NCBI GenBank assembly: GCA_026936335.1
Contig: JAPMXV010000002.1
Location: 372,001-436,000 of the forward strand
Direction of reading: 5' to 3'
Length of the DNA stretch: 64,000 bases
Source: Mantamonas sphyraenae STR306
Taxonomy: Eukaryota > Protista > CRuMs
In this document: piece after piece, positions 24,695 to 36,600 of the stretch
Numbering within the stretch: the stretch's first letter is position 1
Layout: every line of letters begins with the position of its first letter
Made by a program: the position numbers and the translations under genes
The notes under the pieces: model-generated
Told to the model about the DNA's origin: nothing
What the model saw: the letters and a program-made list of their open reading frames with translations, nothing else
Database searches by the model: none

Positions 24695-27600
24695 ACGCCT
24701 TCATCGTCGTCTCCGTTCTCACCCATCCCAATCTCCACTGTCACAAGCTTCTCTTGCACGTCTACGAGCACTGCTCCTTGACTGCTCACCCGCTCTTTCA
24801 CTTGCATCACGTCCTGCTCCATGGCAGCCAGTTGCGCGCGGACGATGTCCACATCTGCTGCGTTTAGCCCTTGTGATTCTGCTCGTGTCTGCACCTCTGT
24901 CAGCCATGCTCGCATCTGTGGTACCTGCTCTCCCAGGAACCGGATTGCCTTGCTCTGTTGGCCACTCTTCCTCTTTAGTGATTCCGTGTCACTTTGTACC
25001 TGCTTCAGCGCAGTGACAATCTCCTCCTGTGCGGTGGGGTCCAGTGCAGCCACCTGTGCCTGCCATGCCTCGTGGTCAAAGTGCACCGCGTCCAGAATCT
25101 GTGCCTGTGTCCCTTGCATCTCGTGCAGGATGCTCACAATCTCCACCTGCGAGTGCATCTCTTCCTTCTTCATCACCTCCACCGTGTCCAGCGTCGCCAC
25201 AATCTGTGTGAATGGAGGCCGGTGCGATGGATCTGTTGCCCAGCACTGCTCAATCAGCTTTGTCGCCCATCCCGGACACACGCTCGTGTCGATCTTTTCT
25301 CGCTTGTCTGGCTTGATGGTCCACCTTGACACATGCTTGCTGTGGCCATAGTTTTTCTTGCCGCTGTACGGCTGCACTTCATGCATCATCTCCCACAGCA
25401 GCATCCCAAACGCAAACACATCCACCTTTTCGTCAAACGTCCGCATGGAGACGCTCGAGGATGCACCTGCATCCTCCTCCTCGTCGCTGTCCGTGTCAAC
25501 ATCATCCACCAGCAGCTCAGGGGCCATGTACTGCCAGGACCCGGCGCCTGACTTGGTCTTTGTCTTGGTGTGCTTCTTGACACGGCTCAGCCCAAAGTCG
25601 CTGATCCGTGCCACGCCACGCCTGTCCAGCAGCACATTCTCTGGCTTCAGGTCCCTGTGCATGATCGGTGGTTTGTATCCGTGCAGGTACGCCATTCCGT
25701 CTGCCACATCCCGTGCTATCTGCAGCTTGGCCTCCTCAGACAGCCCTTCCGCACCCTCGCCCCTCTCGTGCAGCAGCTTGTGCAGCGACCCAAGCTCACA
25801 CAGTTCCGTCACCATGCACACATGCTCCGGTTCCACGCACACTCCGTGCAGTGTGATCATGTTCCTGTGCTTCAGTCCCTTCATCGTCCGCACCTCATGG
25901 TTGAATGCTGCTGTGTGTTCAGCATCCATCACCTGCACCTTCATCATCTTGATGGCTACTGGCGTGCTTCCACGCAGCATCCCCTTGTACACAAAGGCAA
26001 ACCCGCCCTCGCCCAGCAGTTCCCCTTTCGACAGATGCGACCACGGGATCTCCAGCGACTCGTCTCCGTCATCGTCCGCCTCTGATCGTGAGCCTCGTCT
26101 GTCCTTCCCTGCAAGCACCGCCGCCAGACTCGATGCCTCCTTGCCCAGCAGTGCCTCGGCTGCATTCAGCGTTTCCAGCCGCTCGGTCTGCATCGCCTCC
26201 ACCTGCTTCACACCCGCCGCTGCCTGGTCCCGCTCCTCCCGTGCTCGGTTGTACTCTTCGGTCAGCTCCTCCTCCAGGAACCGCAACATGTCTGCCTCTG
26301 CCTGCTGCACGCGCTTCTGCTTCGGTCCTTTCGACCGTTCCAGACGTTGAAGTTCCCCTGCCAGCGACCCACATGCCAACTCGGCTGCCTCTTTGGTCAT
26401 CGTCTGTTCTGCTTTGTGTTGTGTCTGCAGCTGTTGCTCTGTGTGGTCCACTGCTTCAGCGGTTTCTTCCAGATGCTCCTTGCTCGCCTCTGCCAGCTGC
26501 TCCAGCGCATGCGTCAGTCCCTCCTGACGCTCACACATCCTGCGCAGCTGTGTGCGCCATTTCCCACAATGTTTCAGTGTTGCTTTGATCTGCTTGCGCT
26601 CTTTTGAGTACGCAGCAGGCAGCTCACGCAATGCTTCCTCCTCAGCAACCTTGTCCCTGCGCAGCTGTGCCAGTCTGGTCTCCAGTTCTTCAATCTCTCG
26701 TTCCATCTCTGTCACATGCGTCTCCTTCGCCATCCGCACCTCCTCCTCCTCTGCACCCAGTGCCGCCTTCCGTGCCTCCAGCTCTGCTGTGTTGGCCTCC
26801 AGTTGCTCCAGCCCAGCTGCATACCGTCTTCCCTCCTCCCTTGTGACCCCAGCCTGTGCCAACACCTGCTCCCTTTGTGCCTCTGCCCGTTCTGCAATCC
26901 ATCCTCCAGGTGACGAGGATGGTTCACCTGCTGCTGCTTCCTTCCACACTCCCTCCCACACCTCTCCTGCTGCTCCATACACCTCCGTCCGCGCTGCCAT
27001 CCTCTTCTCTGCCCGTTGCGCACACACTCCCACCAGCTCCACACTCGTCTGCAGTTCCACTTCCCGTGCACTCGTCTTGGCTTCAATCGTCGTCCCTGCC
27101 TGTCGCTGTCTCGCCGCTTGCTTGTGTGTCGCCACCAGCCTCTCCACTTCTTCCTGCTCTGCTGTCCATAGTGTCTGCTGTGCCTGTGCAGCGTGTGGAG
27201 CAGCTGCAGCGAGGAACGCGCGTGCACGTGCGTTCTCCTGGTCCACACTCTCCTTCACCGTGTCCAGCACAGCATGGCGTGTCGATGCCACCTCAGTGTC
27301 TGCGATCACGGTCTCCAGGTGTGCATGCACGGAGGATGTCTCGCGCATGGGTGTCGTGTGTGCGCTGTCATTCAGCACAGACACGACATCGGCCACGCTC
27401 GTGTGTCCACACGATGATGATGACAATGCTGTCAGCATGGCATCCAGCTCAGTCACAAACTCCACATTGGTTGTAGCTGTGGCGTACGCTGGCCAGGATG
27501 CGTCAAGATGGTTGATTGCTGCAGAGAGCAGCTTCAGGATGGCCGTGTTGCCATTTTCCTGGGCCAGCTCCAGGGCATTGGGATTGTAGCCGGGGCGAGT

Positions 27601-28508
27601 GAGTGGATTCGCACCACCCTCGATCAGCCATGCGCACAGTCCAACGTCGTTGTTGTTGACTGCAATGGTGAGGGCTGTGTTCTTCTCGTCAGGCCATGTG
27701 TCGATGTGAACACCCCAATCCAGCTGCTCCTGCATGGCACCGGTGTCGGCAGAGCGGGCGGCGGTGAGGAACGCATCTGCGTGCTCCCTGTTGCGAGAGA
27801 GACGCTGGTTGACTGCATCATCGCCTACACCATACATGTACAAGCAGGTGTGATTGGATTCCAGTGCGTGCGCCAGTGCTGCTGCTCCTTCTGCTCCGAT
27901 GTTGTTTTCGTCGAGGGCCAGTCTCTGCAAACTGCTGTTCTCACTCAGTGCCTGCGCCAGAGCTGCTGCTCCCTCGTCGCCGATTCTGTTCCAGCTGAGA
28001 TTCAGTGTCTGTAAGCTGCTGTTCACACTCAGTGCGTGCGCCAGTGCTGCTGCTCCTTCTGCTCCGATGTTGTTTTCGTCGAGGGCCAGTCTCTGCAAAC
28101 TGCTGTTCTCACTCAGTGCCTGCGCCAGTGCCGTTGCTCCTTCTGCTCCGATGCTGTTGTTCCTGAGGTTCAGTGTCCGCAAGCTGCTGTTCCCTCCCAG
28201 GGCCTTGGCAAGTGCGGCTGCTTGTTTTTCCCCAATCCCGTCCCAACTCAGATCCAATTCCTGCCCCATCCATGTCAGCCATCACCCCCTCCACCTTCCT
28301 CCCACCCAAACACCCATTTCTGCCCTCTACCCCCTTCAATCTCTCCATCCTCCATCCCACATAGCTCGCCAACACGACACGTCACGATTTCCCTCCCATC
28401 CCCCAAAATCAAACTCACTTCTCCCGCCTCTGCCAATGCCACCCCAATGCGTTCCACATCACCACTCTGCAACAGTGCGCTCCAGTCCACTATTTTTTGT
28501 ATGCTCAT
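24691..28508 (-). CDS. LRR(5)-ANK-coiled-coil-TKL kinase, copy C; exon 1 28508-28419, intron 28418-28261
   Basis: Same architecture, with only 5 LRR units. Confidence 0.88.
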
Positions 28509-28694
28509 GATCTATCCAAGGGTCCCCGTCCTTGTGTGAGTTGCCCTCCCGCTGCAGGTTTCCACCCCCCACAATCCCTGCCTCCTTGCCACAGTCTCCT
28601 CCATCCCTCATCCACAACCCACCGATGTGACTGTTGTGTCTGCGATCTAACAATTTACTCTTTCCAGTGGCTCGATGCGCGCACTCGCCTGTTC

Positions 28695-29609
28695 TCACCG
28701 CAACCACCTCCACACCAGCTCCTTCTCCTGCACCACATTCCAATCCAACCCCCCATGCTCCGCCAATACACACACCACCCCCTCATCCCCAGACAACAAC
28801 GCAGCTTCGAGCACGCTCATCCCGGGTGCGTGCGGAGCAGCAAGATCTGCCCCTGCGTCCAGAAGAAGCTGCACACAGGACGCACTGCCCATCCGTGCGG
28901 CCTGCCGTAGTGCACTGTCGCCATTGGCAAAGTGCACCGTCACATCTGCGCCTGCATTCAACAGAGCGCGCACGGTTTGCTCGGACGCCTGCCTTGCCGC
29001 CAGCATGAGCGCCGTGTGGCCACTGAGAGAGCGGTGGTTGACATCGGCGCCTGCGTCGATGAGTACCGAGACACAGTCTGCCTCTGCGCGGTCGGCCGCC
29101 TGGAGTAGGGCTGTGCGTGCGCGGGTGTCGGTCGCGTCGACGTCCGCCCCGCCGTTCACAAGGGCCTGGACACACTGTGGCCACCCACGCTCTGCGGCCC
29201 AGACGAGAAGAGGCACTGCATCCGGAGTCTGTGCGTTTGGATCAGAGCCTGCGTCCAGGAGGGCGGTGACACACTGTGCGCTTCCGCTCTGCACGGCAAT
29301 CATCATTGCGGTGCGGCCTGTGTCACGGGCCTGGACATCTGCACCCGCACGCAACAGGTGGCCCATGATCTGGTGTTTGTTCCAGGAGGCGGCCATCATG
29401 AGAGGGGTCATGCCGTCGTCGTCGCGTGCGTCGACATTTGCGCCTGCGTCGAGAAGCTCGAGGACAGACAGGACCTTGCCCTTGCGCACAGCCACAGACA
29501 AAGCCGGTTGACCCAACGAGGTGCGTGTGTTTGGATCTGCGCCGGCAGAGATCAGGCGGCGAATGGCGAGGTGGTCGCCGTCGGCCACGGCCTGCAAGAG
29601 CGTGCTCAT
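28695..29609 (-). CDS. Ankyrin-repeat protein, full-length parent copy
   Basis: ATG 29609 MSTLLQAVADGDHLAIRRLISAGADPN..., followed by multiple GxTxL..A..G....V..LL..GAD repeats. Confidence 0.85.
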   Translation of the reverse strand: MSTLLQAVADGDHLAIRRLISAGADPNTRTSLGQPALSVAVRKGKVLSVLELLDAGANVDARDDDGMTPLMMAASWNKHQIMGHLLRAGADVQARDTGRTAMMIAVQSGSAQCVTALLDAGSDPNAQTPDAVPLLVWAAERGWPQCVQALVNGGADVDATDTRARTALLQAADRAEADCVSVLIDAGADVNHRSLSGHTALMLAARQASEQTVRALLNAGADVTVHFANGDSALRQAARMGSASCVQLLLDAGADLAAPHAPGMSVLEAALLSGDEGVVCVLAEHGGLDWNVVQEKELVWRWLR

Positions 29610-29679
29610 TGGGTTGGTGGGGCAGGTGGAGGGTACGTACAGCCTGCATTGGACATGGTGGGCGAGGGCGACGCCGCTG

Positions 29680-30880
29680 CTACCTGCCTGTGCGCAGAGA
29701 GAGGAGAAAGAGAAAGGTGGTGGCGCCGATGGAGGCGACCTCTGCCACGAGCTTGGCGGTGATGGTGAGGCCAAAGAGACGGACGGCAGTGACGCGTCCG
29801 CGTATTGCGTGGGCAATCTCGTGTGCACGGGCGCTGAGGTCTGCGTTTGCACCGGCACGGAGGCCAGCCCAGAGTGAGATGCGCTCGGCGAGGCGTCTCG
29901 AGTGCGTGTCGACCATGGTCATGGGCACCAGCATGACGGGGAGGACGACGAGGAGGACAGCAATGGTGACGACGGTGTTTTGGTCGAGCAGGCCCTGGAG
30001 AAGGACGATGACGAGGAGGTTGACGAGGAGGACGACAAAGTAGGCGACGAGGACGCCGACAGGAGGACCCAGGGCGTCGTTGAAGCGGTGGAGAGAGGCG
30101 AGGATGTCGCAGTGGCGTGTGTTGACGTCACGCAGGGCGTCGCAGGTGGGCGCTTGGAGCCAGGCGTCGACGTGGCGGCGGAGGCGTGCGAGGTCCTCGA
30201 GGATGGGCAGGAGCCAGATGGCAATGCAGACAGGAACAAAGGCAAGGACCATGTTGTTGTAGAGGAGGACAGAGAGGGTGAGGCAGGCCATCACGAGGCC
30301 CAGAGCAGGGTCGAGGGCGTGCCAGAGGTGGACGTCGACGGTGAGGGTGCCGACGGCGCCTTGGGCATAGGCGAGCAGAGAGGTGATGAGCACAACCACA
30401 ATGGCGAGCTGGACGAGGGCGCCGGCGAGGCAGACGGCGTTGAGCCAGCGCAGGGTGGCCGGGCGGCGGCGGTGCCATTCGCCTTGCACGGCGGCGTGAA
30501 GGACCCAGGATCGCTGGCGGATAAAGAGGAGGCGGATGAGAAAGGAGACGACATAGGAGAGGAAGCCACTGGTGGCACGCTCGAGGATGCCGCCCGGGTC
30601 GCCGCCGTGCCAGGTGGCGAGGTTGACGGCGTTGATGGCGGCGAGGAGAACGACGAGGGAGGCGACGGCAGCAAAGGCTCGGCCGACGGGACTGGAGGTG
30701 TAGCCTTCGTCGTGGTGAAGCTGGAGCAAGAGGAGGAGGGGAGGCGGAATGCACTGCACGGAGGGCAGGGGGCAGGCGGGCAAAGTCGTCGGTGGGCACA
30801 AGGCCGCCAACAAGGATGGGAGGCGGGGGCGGGGACGGGGAGGAGGGGAGAGACGGGCCCGGAGCAACGGGAGTGCCCAT
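29680..30880 (-). CDS. Multi-pass membrane protein, gustatory-receptor-like (7TM ion channel superfamily candidate); start uncertain
   Basis: About 7 hydrophobic segments, HCDILASLHRFNDALG before a TM segment, and C-terminal VRLFGLTITAKLVAEVASIGATTFLFLLSL resembling the GR/GRL terminal helix. The nearest ATG (30880) is in another frame. Confidence 0.55.
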
Positions 30881-30907
30881 GGGTTGATTGTGTTGTGTCG
30901 GCTGGGT

Positions 30908-32326
30908 CTACTTGCCAATGCAAAACTCGCGAAAGATGACGTCGAGGACGTCGTCGACGTCGACGTCGCCTACAATGGCGCCGAGGTCGTCGACGGCGGC
31001 GCGGACGCCCTCTGCGTCGACTTCAATGTCGCCGTAGTCGTGGAGGACGGTGTGGAGAGAGGCAACGGCGTTCTGGAGGTGGTGTCGATGGCGAGCTCGG
31101 GTGACGAGGGCGTCGGGCACGTGGCCGACATGGTGGTGGACGGCGTGGGCCAAGGCGGCGTCGAGGTCGGGCAGGCCGTGGCCAGTGTGGCAGGAGACAG
31201 GGAGGACGTCGAGGCGGTAGTGTGCGTGGAGGGCGCGTGTGGCGGCGTGGAGTGCGTGGGGCTCGAGGAGATCGCGCTTGTTGGCGACGACAAGGCCCGG
31301 GGAGGGAAGGGCGCCGAGCATGGCGGTTGCGTGTGGGTCGATTGGGCGGGAGGCGTCGACGACGTGGACGCACATGTCTGCGGAGCGTGCGAGGTCGATG
31401 GTGCGCTGGACGCCGATCTGCTCGACGGCGTCGTGGGTGGCGCGGAGGCCAGCGGTGTCGCAGAGCTCGACGGCAAAGCCGCCGACGTCCATGGAGACGG
31501 CAATGACGTCGCGGGTGGTGCCCTCGACGCTGCTGACGATGGCAAGGTCGCGTTGGGCGAGGGCGTTGAGGAGGGAGCTCTTGCCGGCGTTGGGGGGGCC
31601 CACAATGGCGATGCGGATGCCTCTGCGGATCTGCTCGGCGACGTGGCTGCGCTGGAGGGCCGTGTGCATGTCGTCGGTGACGCGGTGGAGGTGGCGGCGG
31701 ACGTCTGCGTGGAGGTGGTCCTGGAGGTCCTCCTCGTCGCCAAAGTCGATGACGGCCTCGAGGTGGGCGAGGGCGCGGGTGAGGGCGTCGCGCCATGCGT
31801 GGTAGCGGGCCTGTGTGCGGTTGCCCATCTGCTGGAGGGCGAGGGTGCGCTGGCGTGCGGTTTGCGCATCGACGAGATCGCCGACCGCCTCGGCCTGGAG
31901 GAGGTTCATCTTGCGGTTGCGAAAGGCACGCTCTGTGAATTCGCCTGGAGGGGCACAGCGGGGTCAGGCGGGCGGTGGGAGAGAGAGAGAGGCACAGGGC
32001 GAGGGACGTACCGGGCAGGGCCGGGCGGAGGCCGTCGAGGGCGTCGAGGGCATCGAGGGCGGCGTCGACGACGGCGGTGCCGCCGTGGAGGTGCAGCTCG
32101 ACCATGTCCTCGCCCGTGTAGGAGTGGGGCGCCTGGAAGCGGAGGACGAGGGCGTGATCGAGGAGTTGGCCGGAGGTCGGGTGGCGCAGGGTGCGGAGGG
32201 AGGCGAGGCGTGGCTCGGGGAGGGAGGAGGCGAGGGAGAGGAGGGCGTGGTCGGCTCGGGGCCCGCTGATGCGGACGATGGCGACGGAGGCCTTGCCGCG
32301 GGCGGTGGCAAGGGCAAAGATGGTCA
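30908..32326 (-). CDS. mnmE: tRNA modification GTPase MnmE/TrmE (GTPBP3/MSS1); intron 31945-32011
   Basis: [66 protein letters not shown] and C-terminal FCIGK. Confidence 0.93.
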
Positions 32327-32340
32327 TTGTGCGGGAGTAA

Positions 32341-33558
32341 TTACAGTGTACATTCGAGCGGGTGGAGGAGGTCGCCGACAAGGTGCATGGAGCCCGTGAC
32401 GAGGACGGAGCGGACGTCGGGTGGGAGGGCGTGGACAAGGTGGAGGGCGTGGGCAGGGGAGGCGGCGACGGCGTGGGCGGCGGCAAAGCTGCGGTAGCCG
32501 AGGGCGTGGTTGTGGACGGTGATGGCATGGCGAAAGGGCGGGCGGCGGCGGAGGAGCGGGCGGACGAGGCGGTCGGGGTCGCGGGAGCCCGTGGTGGCAA
32601 AGAGGAGGGCGCAGGGGCCGGGTGTGGCGGCCGAGTCGAACCAGTCGAGGCAGGCGTGGAGGCTCTCTGGGGTGTGGGCGCCGTCGAGGTAAAAGGAGCG
32701 GGGCCCGAGGTCGAGGCGGTGGCTGCGGCCAGGGAGGGTGCAGGTGGCGAGGGCGTGCATGGCGAGGTCGCGGTGAAAGGGGCGGCGGTGCTTGCGGAGA
32801 AAGGCCTCGGCCATGGCGAGGGCAAGGGCGGCGTTGCTGAGCTGGTGGCGGCCGGGTATGCCGAGAGGGGTGCCGTCGGGGAGGGGCTGTACATAGGTGA
32901 TGGAGTCGTTGGGGAGCGGGACGGGCTGGGGGACGCTAAAGGCGGCGGTGGCGGGCTTGATGATGGCGGCCTTTTCGCGGGCAATGTGGTGGAGGGTGGG
33001 GCCGAGGATGTCTGTGTGCTCGAGGGAGAGGGCAGAGATGCCGGCGACGTCGGTGTGGTCAAAGACGTTTGTAGAGTCGAGGCGGCCGCCGATGCCGACC
33101 TCGATGACGGCGACGTCGACGGGCCGGTGGAGAAAGGCGTGGAGGGCCATGAGGGTGAGGAAGCGGAAGTACATGGGGCGCGGGGGGGGAGGGCGTGGTA
33201 GACGTGCCAGAAGAGGTGGTCAAAGTCGGGTTCGGAGAGAGGGGTGTTGTTGAAGCGGATGCGTTCGCGGGGGTGGGTGAGGTGCGGGGAGGTGAAGAGG
33301 GCGGTGGTGAGGTTGTGGGCGCGGAGGATGGCTTCGGTGAAGGCACATGTGGAGCCTTTTCCTTTGGAGCCGGTGATGTGGATGGTGGGGAGGGAGTTTG
33401 GGTTGAGGGAGAGGAGGGAGAGGAGGTGGGGCATGGAGGGGGAGGGGGAGGGGGGTGGGGGAGGAGCGGATGAGGTCGAGGGTTTGTTTGTTGGATTGGA
33501 GGGTGGCGAGGGCGGCGAGGGTGTTGCGGGAGGGGGGGGTGGGGGGTTTGGGGGGCAT
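32341..33558 (-). CDS. FPGS: Folylpolyglutamate synthase / dihydrofolate synthase family; two apparent homopolymer frameshifts (~33440, ~33185)
   Basis: [75 protein letters not shown]. Confidence 0.88.
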
Positions 33559-33610
33559 TGGGTTGGGTTGGGTGGGGGTGCGCAAAGTTGGCCAAGGATT
33601 TTTTGAGGAT

Positions 33611-36600
33611 ATGGACGTGGAGGTGGTTGCGGATTCGCAGGTGGTGGCGGATTCGCAGGAGGTGGCGGATTCGCAGGAGGAGGATGAGGAGGTGGGAAAT
33701 GGCTGGGAGGAGTTGTTGCGGTGGTGCAGGGAGGATGATGGCATGGAAGTCGAGGAGGTGCCTGTAGAGGAGGAGGATGAGGAATGGGAGGAGGATGAGG
33801 AATGGGAGGAGGATGAGGAATGGGAGGAGGATGGCATGGAAGTCGAGGAGGTGCCCGTGGAGGAGGAGGAGGAGGAATGGGAGGAGGATGAGGAGGATGA
33901 GGAGGAGGCACTCGGGGACCCTTTCTGGGCGCCGGGGGTGGCAGGTGCATGGATGGCTTCCAGCGGGGAGTTTGAAGTGCTCATGCCGGCCACGTTTGTG
34001 GGGGAGGAGGATGCGCTGGTGAGGAGGAACTTGGGCAAATCGGCTGTCAACAGCTTGGCGAGGAATTTGGTTGGAATTCGCCGTGCCAGTGCAACACGTC
34101 TAGGGAGGGCAAGAGACGGAGATGAGCGGAGAAGGCGGCTCGAGGAGATTCCATGGAGCCAGGTCGAGATGGTGGTTTGGGACACTGGTCATCAGAGTGA
34201 GTTTAGCGTGTGAGGTGGCGCGGGGAAGAGAGTGACGGTGACGGGAGGGCGGTTTTTTTTCCCAGCGTGAATGTGTTGCACGCGAAAACAGCTCGGTGAG
34301 AGGTGAGAGGTGTGAGGGTTGCAGTTGTGCGGTCCCGGCGTGGTGTTTCGCGGGTGTGCGCTGCATGTGAGGCGGTGCATGTGTGCGTTGAGTGTGTGTG
34401 GGGTGCAGGAGGGTGAGGGAGGGGAGTGGGAGAGAAAAGTGTGCATTTTGGCCGAAATTGTGTGTGTGTGAGTGTGGACAGGCCGTGTGGCGGAGGGTGG
34501 GGGTGACAGGGGCCGTGCGGGCCCTTGGTGCTCGCTTGCGGGTGTGCGCTGCATGTGAGGCGGTGCATGCGTGCGTTGAGTGTGTGTGGGGTGCAGGAGG
34601 GGTGAGGGAGGGGAGTGAGAGGGAAAAATGTGCATGGGCCAAAATTGTGTGTGTTGCGCGTGGACAGGCGGTGTGGGCGGTGTGGTGGGGTGACAGGGGC
34701 CGTGCGGGCCCTTGGTGACCGCTTGCGGGTGTGCGCTGCATGTGAGGCGGTGCATGCGTGTGTGTTGGTGACCCAGTGGCCGTGACGTGCGAGCGAGAGG
34801 GGCCGTGGTTTTTTTGGCGCGCAAATTGTCGACAAACTCTCCACTCACACACACACCAGCAACAACCACCAGAACTGGCGCCTCCAGGCTGCCGCAGCAC
34901 CTCAGCCTGCAGGAGCAGGCCGATATGCTGCGTGTCCGCATAGGGCGTCGCTGTGAGGACGTGCTTCAGTTGATGCCGGCGATCTCGTGTGCCATCGCCT
35001 TGGCACGCGAGAACTACTGCGACATGGACCACTACCTGGATGGCCACATGCACCATCCGAAGGCGTCTCTTCTCTTCTACAGCCATTGCCTTGGGATAGC
35101 ACGACAGGCAAAGCGAGCGTCATTTGTGAGTTGTTTTTTTTTCAAGCGCATGATCGCGGATGACAACTGACCCCCCCCCCGCCCTTTCTGCTCTTCTCGA
35201 ACACCAGTCCCCGTTCCGGTTTGCCAATTGCATGTACCATCGACTCGCCACGCTGGCTCTGTTTGACGCTGTCGACAAGGCTTACGTGGACGGGTACGTT
35301 CTGGGAGTGACGTCGCCACCGAATCACGTCGAGGCGGACGAGGTGTGCTTGGAGGTGGTTCAACAGTTGGACCCGCCCGCCGATGTTGCCGATCAGAAGA
35401 TTGTGGTGCTGCACAACGACGCGCGGATGCTATCACAGTGTGTGCCGGGACTGATTTCACCAACATCGCTGTCAGTACCCTCAGTTTTGAGGTGCTCGCC
35501 GTTGGGACTGAAGAGGCAACTCACCTCGCACTACATCAGGTCCTGGGTGCCAGAACGGACGCTGTGGTTCCGCAGGGGTACCCAGCCGCGCGTGTCCGGC
35601 GAGAGCTGGATGAAGCGGATGAGCCAGCATCCGCTGCTTGGGCACACATCACGGATCAGTCATGGCGCGAGAGCGTACGTGATGTGGCGAGCTATCGGCG
35701 AGCGTACTGGCTGATGGACGAGCTTGGCATCCAAGGCGAGCCGCGAGACGGCGGGACAATCGCGGAGGTGATGGACGAGCGGGTGGTCAAGTCGACGTTT
35801 GAGGCCGAGCTGCTGCTGTGGCAGGCCTACGAGGCGGATGGCAATCTCAAAATGGCCAACCTGATGCACCAGCTTTGGCTTGTTGGTCTGGAACGCAGCC
35901 GTATCGCACTTTTCCTGAATGTGAAGATTCGCGCCAATGCCCCCTGTGCACGCGTGCCAACAGGCGCCGGGCTCGCCCTCGCCCTGCACTACGCGCTACA
36001 CCTGCTCGACGCACAACTGGGCCAGTCTGTTGTCGTTGCGTTCACGCGCACTTGTCAGAGCGTTTCTCCGCAGAACCCTCTCCTTCTTTTGGACAATCTT
36101 CTGGGTAGCTGCGAACGTGTGCGCGGCCTGCATGGGCCTCACCGGACAGTGTTCGGAGATGATGCTCTCTTCAGCCTGCCGCAGCAGGGGCCCGGGCGTA
36201 CGGTGGACGTGCTGCTGGAAAGCAAGCGCAAGGAGATGGTGGCCGACTCCAGGAGATCCCGCGCAGCGCGCAAGAAAGTTTACGGGCCCGTACGAGTAAG
36301 GAGCTGCCCCTTGGCCTTCCCGGCTGAGGTTGAGGAGGAGCAAGAACCGTACGAGGACATTCATGTGGATGAAGTAGCGAGCCAGAGCTCACGACCCGCG
36401 CCGCGGTGAGAAGGGCGGGCTACATCCCATCACGTACCCAACGACCCATTTTCACCAGGCGACGGCATTGGTGTCAAACAGCCACGCAAGGGGCGTCCCG
36501 CGCACGTCCCCGTTCGACGTGTACGCGGAGCGATTGAGCAGATTCTGGATTGGCGTCGCACGCGCAGCGAATTTTGCGGCGTCTGTGGTGCTCGCGAGAT

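Larger units (their letters stand above)
13411..29409. repeat. Tandem triplication of a [LRR-kinase + ankyrin 3' part] unit (~5.3, ~5.9, ~4.7 kb)
   Basis: Near-identical sequence restarts at 13411, 18742 and 24691 (ggggtcacacgccttcatcg). The length differences fall almost entirely in the LRR arrays. Confidence 0.92.

Noticed and set aside
31023-33950. 975-aa minus-strand ORF as a single FPGS-MnmE fusion
   Set aside because: It passes through several out-of-frame low-complexity stretches; FPGS has its own TAA at 32341 in another frame.
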